Assembly: GCA_963677595.1 (NCBI GenBank)
Contig: OY782041.1
Span: 1,248,001 to 1,312,000, forward strand
Source of the DNA: Spirochaetia bacterium
GTDB lineage: Bacteria > Spirochaetota > Spirochaetia > CAKZLE01
Direction of reading: 5' to 3'
DNA: 64,000 nucleotides
The notes below the pieces were generated by a model. The model saw only the letters and a program-made list of their open reading frames with translations. It was not told the origin of the DNA and did no database searches. Each line of letters starts with the position of its first letter. The first letter of the stretch is position 1. The translations under genes and the position numbers were made by a program. Below, piece after piece: positions 49,045-58,191 of this stretch.

Positions 49045-49324
49045 ATGATCAACAATATAGCGAATGGCGCTGTAACGTTGAGAAATCAAGAGGTTATAGT
49101 ACATTGAATCGCCCGATCTCTGTTACCATACAAATGCTGGAAGACGTAAGAATCCCCTTTTTTATGCGGGATCACCTGCATGCGGTCAAGAAATTACAAG
49201 ATCACATGCAGACTGCGCATGCACCTGCTTGAACTGCGGCCCCGGAATGATTCCGGGGTCTTACTGTTTTCAGGGGCCTCCGGCGGGATTCGGGCCAAGA
49301 GACTGATGAAAGAGGGAGACATCT
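49045..49324 (+). ncRNA. candidate cis-regulatory leader (attenuator/riboswitch-like) of the pur operon
   Basis: 280 nt with a GAAA-tetraloop hairpin, alternative helices and a terminator; no known family recognised. Confidence 0.55.
49238..49270 (+). terminator. leader terminator upstream of purL
   Basis: GGCCCCGGAA-TGA-TTCCGGGGTC followed by TTACTGTTTT (imperfect U-tract). Confidence 0.65.
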
Positions 49325-51646
49325 ATGTCAGAAACACATGTTCTTTCGTATGACCTTCAGCAGATGGATGACCAGGCGATCGGGTCCCTGCTGAACGAAC
49401 ATACCATAGGGCTGACGATCGACGAGGCGAAGAAGCTGCAGTTCGATATCCTGCACCGGGCACCTACCCTTGCCGAACTGATCCTGTTCGGGATCGAGGG
49501 CTCTGAGCACTGCTCGTACAAGAGCAGCAGGCCGTACCTGAAACTGTTCACGACCGACGGAAAGGACGTCATCCTCGGGGCCAAGGAGGATGCCGGGATC
49601 GTACGGATCGCCGATGATAAGAGCGGAAAATCCTACGGGATCATCATGAGCCATGAGTCCCACAACCACCCGAGCCAGCTAGTCCCCTATGAGGGAGCTG
49701 CCACCGGGGTCGGGGGCAATGTCAGGGATGTCTGCTGCATGGGCGGGCAGGTCATAGCCCAGGCGGATGACCTGCGCTTCGGTTCCATCGACAACCCGAA
49801 GAACAAGTGGATCTATGAGGGAGTCGTCTCAGGGATCGCCGGCTACGGCAACCCCATCGGGGTGCCGAACCTCGGCGGGGGCCTGCAGTTCGACCCCGGG
49901 TATGATGACAACTGCCTGGTGACCGTCGTGTCGCTGGGGCTGATCGATGCCGATGCCATCGTCCACTCCTTCGCACCGAAGGACGCGGTCGGCTACGACT
50001 TGATCCTCGTCGGGAAACCTACTGACAACAGCGGGTTCGGGGGTGCGAGCTTCGCGAGCTTCGAGCTCGAGGAAGACCAGCACGAGCAGAACAAGGGAGC
50101 CGTCCAGGAACCCAACGCCTTCCTCGGCCGCCATATGATCAAGTCCTCAGTCGAGCTCTTCGAGAAGCTCAAGGCGATGGATGCCATTGACCGGATCGGT
50201 TTCAAGGACCTCGGGGCCGGCGGTATCGCCTGCGCCAGTGTCGAGCTCGTGGATGAGGCAGGGTACGGCGCAGTCGTCGAGGTGGAGCGGATCCACATCG
50301 CGGACGGCGAGTACGAACCCCATGTCATCCTCTGCGCTGAGACACAGGAACGGTACATGTGGGTCTCCCCGAAAGACCTGACTCCCATGATCCTCGACCA
50401 TTACAACAAGGAATACGCACTGCCGGAGATCTCCAAGGGTGCGGCTGCGAAGGTGATCGGGTACGTCACCGAAGAGACCGATTATGTCGTGACCTACCAC
50501 GGGGCGAAGCTCGTAGACGCACCGGCATCAGAGGTCACGAAGGGATTCCTCTACTATAGGGAGGTCGGGGAGTTGAGAACCCCGCCGGAGGAGCCTTCGA
50601 TCCCGGCACCGGAAGACTACAACCAGGTGCTCCTCGACCTGCTCGCCTCCGAGAACATCGCATCACGTCACCCGCTCTATGAGCAGTATGACAAACAGGT
50701 CCAGGGAAGGACGGCTGTCGAGGCCGGTGCCGGGGATTCCGGCATCATGACCCCGTTCAATGACGCGGCCTACCCTGAGGAGCTCAGGAAGGTGGCAGTC
50801 ACCCTGACCACGGACCAGAACCCGAGGCAGAATCGGATCGATGCCTACCAGGGAGCCGTCAATGCGGTCGCCGAGGCCTACTGCAACACGGTAGCCTGCG
50901 GGGCTGTCCCTGTGGCACTCTCGGACTGCCTCTGCTACGGCAACCCTGAGAAGCCGGAGCAGATGCGGCTCTTCGTCGACGGCTGCAAGGGAGTGGCAGA
51001 CGCCTCCTCCTTCTTCAGCATCCCCGTGATCGCGGGGAACGTCTCCCTCTACAATGAATCGGGCAACGGCTCGATCCCACCGAGTCCGATGATCGCGGTG
51101 CTTGGCAGGATCGAGGACGTGACGACAGCGCTGGGCAGCCACATCCCCGAAGGGGAGTATGAGCTGCTCCTTGCAGGGAAGCGGAAACCCGAACTCGGGG
51201 GAAGCGTCTACTACCAGCTCGCGGGGAAGACCGGGAACTCGATCCCGAGACCGGACCTCAAGGAGCTCCAGTCTATCGGGACGGCGATCGGGGCATGTGC
51301 CGCAGAGCACCTGATCTCAGCCTGCCATGATATCTCGGAAGGGGGCCTGGCAGTAGCCCTGAGCGAGATGCTCTTTACCAGCGGGATCGGGGCACGTGTC
51401 TCGGTGACGGACGGGATCGACCCCGTATCATTCCTCTTCGGGGAATCATTCGGGTTCATCCTCGCTGTGAAGAAAGACGACCTGACAGCATGTACAGAAC
51501 AGTTCGCCGCAGAGGGAGTCTCCCTCATACCCCTGGGAACCACCACCCCTGGGAACGGGGAGATCGTGGTCGGGGAGCTCATCTCCCTGCCGGTGGAGAA
51601 AGCCAAGTACGAATGGCTGCATGGACTACGAAGGAGATTATCATGA
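49325..51646 (+). CDS. purL: FGAM synthase subunit PurL (small type)
   Basis: SEHCSYKSS, ESHNHPS, GAATGVGG, DLGAGG, GNVSLYN and HDISEGG motifs. Confidence 0.96.
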   Translation: MSETHVLSYDLQQMDDQAIGSLLNEHTIGLTIDEAKKLQFDILHRAPTLAELILFGIEGSEHCSYKSSRPYLKLFTTDGKDVILGAKEDAGIVRIADDKSGKSYGIIMSHESHNHPSQLVPYEGAATGVGGNVRDVCCMGGQVIAQADDLRFGSIDNPKNKWIYEGVVSGIAGYGNPIGVPNLGGGLQFDPGYDDNCLVTVVSLGLIDADAIVHSFAPKDAVGYDLILVGKPTDNSGFGGASFASFELEEDQHEQNKGAVQEPNAFLGRHMIKSSVELFEKLKAMDAIDRIGFKDLGAGGIACASVELVDEAGYGAVVEVERIHIADGEYEPHVILCAETQERYMWVSPKDLTPMILDHYNKEYALPEISKGAAAKVIGYVTEETDYVVTYHGAKLVDAPASEVTKGFLYYREVGELRTPPEEPSIPAPEDYNQVLLDLLASENIASRHPLYEQYDKQVQGRTAVEAGAGDSGIMTPFNDAAYPEELRKVAVTLTTDQNPRQNRIDAYQGAVNAVAEAYCNTVACGAVPVALSDCLCYGNPEKPEQMRLFVDGCKGVADASSFFSIPVIAGNVSLYNESGNGSIPPSPMIAVLGRIEDVTTALGSHIPEGEYELLLAGKRKPELGGSVYYQLAGKTGNSIPRPDLKELQSIGTAIGACAAEHLISACHDISEGGLAVALSEMLFTSGIGARVSVTDGIDPVSFLFGESFGFILAVKKDDLTACTEQFAAEGVSLIPLGTTTPGNGEIVVGELISLPVEKAKYEWLHGLRRRLS

Positions 51647-52719
51647 GTATCAGTTATAAATCAGCGGGCGTCGATATCGAGGCCGGTAACGAGACAGTGG
51701 AGAAGATCAAGGAGAGTGCGCTCTCGACCTTCTCGCCTGAGGTACTGACAGGCCTCGGGAGCTTCGGCTCCTTCTATGACCTGAAGCAGGTCGTCAATGA
51801 GTACGACCATCCGGTCATGGTCCAGAGCATCGACGGTGTCGGGACCAAGATCATGGTGGCATCCATGCTCGATGACTACTCCACGATCGGCAGGGACCTG
51901 CTGAGCGCCTGCTGCAACGATATCATCGTGCACGGCGCCAAGCCGGTGACCTTCCTCGACTATATCGCCAATGACAAGCTCATCCCCGAGGTGGTCGCAC
52001 AGATGGTCCGAGGCATGGCTGACGGCTGCATCGAGGCCGGGGTGAGCCTGGTAGGCGGTGAGACTGCCGAGATGCCGGGCACCTACCGGGAGGGCGAGCA
52101 TGACCTCGTCGGGATCGTGACGGGCTTCGTCGAGAAGGACGGGATCATCAACGGCCAGGATGTCGTCCCCGGGGACCTCATCTTCGGCATCCCCTCGAGC
52201 GGGCTCCATACCAACGGCTACTCACTCGCACGGAAGGTACTCTTCGACCATGCGGGGCTCACGGTTGACGATACCGTACCTGCCTCGTTCGGCGAGACCG
52301 GCGGGAAGACCATCGGGCAGATCCTCCTCGAGCCGCACACCAACTATGCCGCGGCAGTCCTCAGGATGCTCGAGTCCGGCCTCACGGTGAAGAGCATGTC
52401 CCATATCACGGGAGGGGGGCTCATCGAGAACGTCCCGAGGACCCTGCCTAAGGATGTTTCAGCCGTGATCGACCCGGAGAGCTGGGAGACACCGGCTATC
52501 TTCGCCTACATGGCAGAACTCGGGTCCATCCCCGCAGTCGAGATGTTCCATGCCTTCAATATGGGGATCGGGTACACTATCGTCGTCCCGGCAGAAGAGA
52601 AGGATACGGCACTGCAGGTCATCGGTGACAGCTTCGGCTGTGAGCCGGTACTGCTCGGCACGATAGAACGGGGGGACGGGCAGACCGTCATCACCGGCAT
52701 CACAGGAGGAGAGGCATGA
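51643..52719 (+). CDS. purM: AIR synthase
   Basis: YKSAGVD, DGVGTK, GGETAEMPG, HTNGYSL, HITGGG and FNMG motifs; ATGA overlap with purL. Confidence 0.96.
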   Translation: MSISYKSAGVDIEAGNETVEKIKESALSTFSPEVLTGLGSFGSFYDLKQVVNEYDHPVMVQSIDGVGTKIMVASMLDDYSTIGRDLLSACCNDIIVHGAKPVTFLDYIANDKLIPEVVAQMVRGMADGCIEAGVSLVGGETAEMPGTYREGEHDLVGIVTGFVEKDGIINGQDVVPGDLIFGIPSSGLHTNGYSLARKVLFDHAGLTVDDTVPASFGETGGKTIGQILLEPHTNYAAAVLRMLESGLTVKSMSHITGGGLIENVPRTLPKDVSAVIDPESWETPAIFAYMAELGSIPAVEMFHAFNMGIGYTIVVPAEEKDTALQVIGDSFGCEPVLLGTIERGDGQTVITGITGGEA

Positions 52720-54011
52720 AGATCGGAGTGATCCAGTTCCCGGGCACGAACTGTGAACGGGAGACTGCAGAGGCAGTCCGCAGGGCAGGCATGGAGCCGG
52801 TCGGACACCGATGGAACATGGACGAAGAGCTGCTCGGCACCTATGACGGGTTCATCATCGCCGGCGGGTTCTCCTATGAGGACCGGAGCCGTTCGGGCAT
52901 CATCGCGGCCCAAGACCCGATCATGGACCGGATCAAGGCAGAGAGCGCAAAGGGCAAGCCCGTCCTCGGCATCTGCAACGGGGCGCAGATCCTCGTGGAG
53001 TCGGGACTGGTTCCCGGTGCCCCCGGGTACAGACAGGCAGTCGCCCTGTCAACGAACCAGCGGACCGAAGGAGGCGAAGTCCTCGGTACCGGCTTCTACA
53101 ATGCGTGGATCAATATAAAGCATGACGGTTCACCGAAGCAGTGCGCGTTCACCTCGGAACTCACGGACGGGGAGATGATGAGGATCCCTGCCGCCCATGC
53201 GGAAGGCAGGTTCCTGATCCCGGAAGAGCTCCTCTCCTATATGATCGACCATAAGATGACCGTGTTCAGGTATGCCGATGATGACGGCAGCTATGACCCT
53301 GACTTCCCGGTCAACCCCAACGGCTCGGTCTACAATATCGCGGGGATCACCAATGAGACAGGTTCGGTCCTGGCCCTCATGCCCCACCCGGAGCGGACTC
53401 CGGCCGGTGACGGGATCTTCTCCTCGATGCGGAAGTACATCGAGGAGCATCGACCCTTCTCCGGGGAGACCGGGACTTCGATCCCGCCAGAACTCGCCGC
53501 CGTCGCCCATGCCCCTGAGGCCTATACACCAGCTGCCGAAGCAGAACAGGTCACCGTTGGCCTCGTCATCACCGATAACGAGGCGGTCTCAGTGGAGAAC
53601 GCCCTCAGGCTGCGGGGGATCCCTGCAGCAGTCCGCAGGCATGTCCACTGGGAGATCGCACTCGATGAGACCCTCACCGCAGAACAGCGTACGGCAGTCC
53701 TGGAGCAGATCGATGCGAGCGGGGAGCTCTACAACTCGAACAAGGAGTTCGTCATCACCTCCCCGCTGTCGACCGAAACCCATGCAGTCTCGTTCCTCGT
53801 ACGGGAGAATGATGACTGCGTCGGGGACCATACGACCCATGCCCTGAAGAGCTGGTTCTCGATCGATGGGATCGAGCAGCTGCGGCACGGTGTCATCTGG
53901 ACGATCATCCCCGATCGTGCAGATGATGCAGAGGAAGTCATAGCGCAGGTCGAGGCGACCCACCTGCTTGCCAACCCCATAGCCCACAGGAGGATGACCT
54001 ATGAGAGCTGA
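52716..54011 (+). CDS. purQ: FGAM synthase glutaminase PurQ fused to two C-terminal PurS-like domains
   Basis: FPGTNC, GGFSYED, GICNG (Cys) and MPHPER, plus ~160 extra aa ending LLANPIAH. Confidence 0.9.
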   Translation: MKIGVIQFPGTNCERETAEAVRRAGMEPVGHRWNMDEELLGTYDGFIIAGGFSYEDRSRSGIIAAQDPIMDRIKAESAKGKPVLGICNGAQILVESGLVPGAPGYRQAVALSTNQRTEGGEVLGTGFYNAWINIKHDGSPKQCAFTSELTDGEMMRIPAAHAEGRFLIPEELLSYMIDHKMTVFRYADDDGSYDPDFPVNPNGSVYNIAGITNETGSVLALMPHPERTPAGDGIFSSMRKYIEEHRPFSGETGTSIPPELAAVAHAPEAYTPAAEAEQVTVGLVITDNEAVSVENALRLRGIPAAVRRHVHWEIALDETLTAEQRTAVLEQIDASGELYNSNKEFVITSPLSTETHAVSFLVRENDDCVGDHTTHALKSWFSIDGIEQLRHGVIWTIIPDRADDAEEVIAQVEATHLLANPIAHRRMTYES

Positions 54012-54993
54012 CCAGAAGGATTACCGAGACATCATCGCGAGGCACCTCGACAACTGCCTCACCGAGACCGACCTCTCCCTGCCGAACAAGAAGCGCGGGA
54101 AGGTCCGCGACAGCTACAGCCTCGACGGGAAGATGGTGTTCGTCACCACTGATCGGCAGAGTGCCTTCGACCGGATCCTGGCATCCGTCCCCTTCAAGGG
54201 ACAGGTCCTGAACCTCACCAGCGCCTGGTGGTTCGCTAACACCTCGCATATCGTGCCCAACCACCTGGTCGAGGTCCCGGACCCCAATACCACGGTAGGG
54301 AAGACCTGCACCGTCTTCCCCATCGAGTTCGTCATGCGCGGCTATATCACGGGGACGACCGATACGTCGTTATGGACCCAATACAACAATGGGGTACGGA
54401 ACTACTGCGGGATCGACTTCCCGGAGGGCCTCTCCAAGAACCAGAAGCTCGATACGCCGGTGATCACCCCGACGACCAAGGAGGAGCACCATGACCGCCC
54501 CATCTCCCCGAAGGAGATCGTGGAAGAGGGGTGGATGAGTGCATCAGACTGGGAAGCCGCGAGCACCTATGCCTACAACCTCTTCACCTACGGCCAGAAA
54601 GTCGCCGCCGAGCACGGCCTCATCCTCGTGGACACGAAATACGAGATGGGTAAGGATGCCGACGGAAACATCATGGTGATCGATGAGATCCATACCCCTG
54701 ATTCCAGCCGGTACTGGCTCGCAGACTCCTATGAGAAGCGGATCGCCGAAGGACTGGAGCCGAAGAACATCGACAAGGAGTTCCTCCGCCTCTGGTTCAG
54801 GGAACACTGCGACCCCTACCATGACGAGGTCCTGCCGAAGGCCCCGGACGAGCTCATCATCGAGCTCTCTGCGCGGTACATCCAGCTGTACGAACAGATC
54901 ACGGGAGAGCAGTTCGAGTTTCCCGGTGAAGATGAACAGGACGTCCCGGCCGCCCAGCGGCTGGTGAAGAACCTCGAAGCGTATATCGACTGA
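54001..54993 (+). CDS. purC: SAICAR synthetase (long type)
   Basis: GKVRD, TDRQSAFD, TPTTK, DTKYE and DEIHTPDSSRYW motifs. Confidence 0.95.
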   Translation: MRADQKDYRDIIARHLDNCLTETDLSLPNKKRGKVRDSYSLDGKMVFVTTDRQSAFDRILASVPFKGQVLNLTSAWWFANTSHIVPNHLVEVPDPNTTVGKTCTVFPIEFVMRGYITGTTDTSLWTQYNNGVRNYCGIDFPEGLSKNQKLDTPVITPTTKEEHHDRPISPKEIVEEGWMSASDWEAASTYAYNLFTYGQKVAAEHGLILVDTKYEMGKDADGNIMVIDEIHTPDSSRYWLADSYEKRIAEGLEPKNIDKEFLRLWFREHCDPYHDEVLPKAPDELIIELSARYIQLYEQITGEQFEFPGEDEQDVPAAQRLVKNLEAYID

Positions 54994-55009
54994 AGGAATG
55001 GAGTGAGTA

Positions 55010-55435
55010 ATGAAGAAAATCGTAATTATCATGGGATCGTCATCTGACAAACCGCATGCTGACAAGATCATCGATGGGCTCCAGAAGGCAGAGGGATACG
55101 ACATGTCAGAGTACTCGATCGATGTCTATACCGCTTCAGCCCATAAGGAACCGCTGAAGGTCTTAGGTGTCCTCGATGCCCACAAGGAGCTTGAGGCTGT
55201 CGTCTACATCACGATCGCGGGCCGCTCGAACGCCCTCTCTGGCTTCTGTGCCGCGAACTGCACCTTCCCCGTCATCGCCTGCCCACCTTTCGCAGACAAG
55301 GTCGACATGATGGTGAACATCAACTCGACATTGCAGATGCCGAGCAGGACACCGGTACTGACGGTCATCGATCCCGGCAATGCCGCCCTTGCGGCAATGC
55401 GGATCCTCTCACTCGCCGACGGGAGTGATGCCTAG
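55010..55435 (+). CDS. purE: AIR carboxylase, probably class II
   Basis: MGSSSD, SAHK, IAGRSNALSG and S.LQMP motifs; no purK in the operon. Confidence 0.9.
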   Translation: MKKIVIIMGSSSDKPHADKIIDGLQKAEGYDMSEYSIDVYTASAHKEPLKVLGVLDAHKELEAVVYITIAGRSNALSGFCAANCTFPVIACPPFADKVDMMVNINSTLQMPSRTPVLTVIDPGNAALAAMRILSLADGSDA

Positions 55436-56881
55436 ATGTGCGGCGTAGTCGGCATCATCGGGGAGAGCCCGGTCGCCACGGAGATCTATGACTCCCTGGT
55501 ACAGCTGCAGCACCGAGGACAGGACGCTGCCGGTATCATCACCTGCAATGACAGCCTCCATATAAAGAAGGGGGCCGGCTTGGTCCGCGATATCTTCCAG
55601 GCACGCCATATGGAACGGCTCCAGGGGAATATGGGTATCGGCCATACCCGGTACCCCACTGCCGGGGCGAAAAGCAACGATGAGGTCCAGCCGTTCGTGA
55701 CCAGCGTCCCCAACGGCATCGCCTTTGCCCATAACGGGAACATCGTGAACTACCTGGAGCTGCGCAATGAAGTCATCTCCAACCGGAAACGCTATCTCAA
55801 CTCCTACAGCGACTCCGAGATGCTCATGCAGCTCTTCGCTGACGTCCTGCAGCGGTGCATCGGCCACAACCCCGCACACCTGATCAGCGACAATACCTTC
55901 TTCGACGGGCTGTGTATATCGGCCTCCGAACTCTTCGGGGCAGCACAGGGCTCGATCTCAGCCGTCTCGGTCATCAAGGACCGCGGCTTGATCGCCTTCA
56001 GGGATCCCCACGGGATCCGCCCCCTGGTCATGGGCGAACGGCTGAGTGCGAGCGGGAGGAAGGAGTATATCTTCGCCTCCGAGGATTCCATGTTCTATAT
56101 GCTTGGCTACACCCTAGTACGGGACGTGGCTCCCGGTGAGATCATCTACATCAATGAGAAGGGGGACTTCTTCTCCCGGGTCGTCCAGCATGACAAGTTC
56201 ACCCCCTGCATCTTCGAGTATGTCTACTTCGCGAGACCTGACACCTGGATGAACAACATCAACATCTACCGGTCCCGCCTGAGGATGGGGGAGAACCTCG
56301 GGAACCTCTGGATCAGGAAGTACGGGGAGCTCCGGCCTGATGTCATCATCCCGGCCCCCTCGACCTCCAATACCATGGCGCTCTCCATGGCAAAGAAGCT
56401 GGGAGTGAACTACTCCGAGGGACTCTACAAGAACACCTTCATCGGCAGGACCTTCATCATGGCCGACCAGAAGCAGCGGCGCCAGTCGGTACGCTACAAG
56501 CTGGTGCCCCAGAGACTGGAGATCCAGGGGAAGGACGTGATGATCGTCGACGACAGCATCGTCAGGGGTACGACCAGCAGAGAGATCGTCCGGATGGTCA
56601 AGGAGTTCGGGGCGAACAAGGTCTACTTCGTCTCTGCCTGCCCCCCGGTCACCAACCCCTGCTTCTACGGGGTCGACATCCCCACCTCGGAGGAGCTGAT
56701 CGCCTCCAACAAGAGCGTAGAGGAGATCAGAACCTTCCTCGAGGCGGAGATCCTCCTCTACCAGGAGATCGACGACCTGATCGAGGCCGTGACCAGGAAG
56801 GGTGACCACCATATCGACACACCCTGCTATGCCTGTCTCGGCGGGACCTATATCCACAAGGAGAAAGAGGCCAGAACATGA
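55436..56881 (+). CDS. purF: amidophosphoribosyltransferase
   Basis: MCG N-terminal Cys, QHRGQD, GHTRYPT, CIFEYVYFARPD and VDDSIVRGTT motifs. Confidence 0.97.
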   Translation: MCGVVGIIGESPVATEIYDSLVQLQHRGQDAAGIITCNDSLHIKKGAGLVRDIFQARHMERLQGNMGIGHTRYPTAGAKSNDEVQPFVTSVPNGIAFAHNGNIVNYLELRNEVISNRKRYLNSYSDSEMLMQLFADVLQRCIGHNPAHLISDNTFFDGLCISASELFGAAQGSISAVSVIKDRGLIAFRDPHGIRPLVMGERLSASGRKEYIFASEDSMFYMLGYTLVRDVAPGEIIYINEKGDFFSRVVQHDKFTPCIFEYVYFARPDTWMNNINIYRSRLRMGENLGNLWIRKYGELRPDVIIPAPSTSNTMALSMAKKLGVNYSEGLYKNTFIGRTFIMADQKQRRQSVRYKLVPQRLEIQGKDVMIVDDSIVRGTTSREIVRMVKEFGANKVYFVSACPPVTNPCFYGVDIPTSEELIASNKSVEEIRTFLEAEILLYQEIDDLIEAVTRKGDHHIDTPCYACLGGTYIHKEKEART

Positions 56882-58191
56882 AACAGATACTCATAGTAGG
56901 CTCAGGGGCACGTGAACATGCCCTTGCATACAGCCTGCATCGCTCACAGAGCACATCAGCACTCTACTGTATCGGCTCAGCAGTGAACCCCGCAGTCAGG
57001 GACCTCTGCGCGGGGTACACCGTCGGTGACATCACCGACGGGGAGTACATCCTCGAGACAGCAAAAGACTGGGGCATCGAGCTCGCGGTCATCGGGCCGG
57101 AAGCACCATTGAGCACCGGGGTAGCCGACATCCTGAGAGCCGGTGGGATCGACGTCTTCGGCCCGGATGAGGACCTTGCCCGGATCGAGACCAGCAAGTC
57201 CTATACGCGGGACCTCCTCTCCGGCTGCGTGCCTGATGCCAGCCCGGTCTACCGGGTAGTCCGGACCCATGAGGAGGCTGAGACGCTCCTCGAGGAACTC
57301 GGCGAGTTCTATGTCATCAAGGCAGACGGGCTGAAAGGCGGAAAGGGCGTCCAGGTCGCCGGGGACCATCTCCACAGCCATGGGGAAGCACTCAGCTTTG
57401 TCGACACCCTGCTCTCCGAGAGCGGGCAGTGCGTCATAGAGGAGAAGCTCATCGGGCAGGAGTTCTCCCTCATGACCATCACGGACGGGGAGACCTCGAT
57501 CCACCTCCCGGCCGTACAGGACCACAAGAGAGCCTTCAACGGTGACACCGGTCCCAATACCGGCGGGATGGGTAGCTACTCAGACCATGACGGGTCCCTC
57601 CCCTTCCTGAAGCCAGAAGACATCGAAGAGGCTCGCAGGCTCAATGAGGCAGTCATCGCAGCCCTTGCCGTCGATAACGGAAAACCCTACCGGGGAGTCC
57701 TCTACGGCGGCTTCATGGCAGTGAAGGAAGGCGTCAAGATCATCGAGTACAATGCCCGGTTCGGGGACCCCGAGGTCATGAACCTGGTATCGATCATACA
57801 GGCGGACTTCGTCGAGCTCTTCAGCCATGCAGCAGAAGGCACCCTCTCTGAGGCATCGATCGAGATCCTCGATAAGGCCTCCGTCTGCAAGTATGTCGTT
57901 CCGAACGGCTACCCCTCAGTATCGAACCGGGGAGCCGAGATAGACATCAGTGAGGTCGATGACTCCTGCAGGCTCTTCCTCGGGTCGGTAGACCTGAAGG
58001 ACGGGGTGCTCGTGACCGGCGGGTCCAGGACCGCGGCATGCATCGCCCTCGGGGAGACCATCGAGGAGGCTGAGCGTATCGCAGAGGCACAGATCGGGAG
58101 GATCAGGGGCGACCTCTTCCACCGGGATGACATCGGGACGAGCGAACTGGTCGCTTCCCGGGTCAAGGCCATGCGGGAGCTGCGTTCATGA
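56878..58191 (+). CDS. purD: phosphoribosylamine-glycine ligase
   Basis: GSGAREHA, GPEAPL, KADGL.GGKGV, QDHKR, GPNTGGMG and EYNARFGDPE motifs. Confidence 0.96.
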   Translation: MKQILIVGSGAREHALAYSLHRSQSTSALYCIGSAVNPAVRDLCAGYTVGDITDGEYILETAKDWGIELAVIGPEAPLSTGVADILRAGGIDVFGPDEDLARIETSKSYTRDLLSGCVPDASPVYRVVRTHEEAETLLEELGEFYVIKADGLKGGKGVQVAGDHLHSHGEALSFVDTLLSESGQCVIEEKLIGQEFSLMTITDGETSIHLPAVQDHKRAFNGDTGPNTGGMGSYSDHDGSLPFLKPEDIEEARRLNEAVIAALAVDNGKPYRGVLYGGFMAVKEGVKIIEYNARFGDPEVMNLVSIIQADFVELFSHAAEGTLSEASIEILDKASVCKYVVPNGYPSVSNRGAEIDISEVDDSCRLFLGSVDLKDGVLVTGGSRTAACIALGETIEEAERIAEAQIGRIRGDLFHRDDIGTSELVASRVKAMRELRS

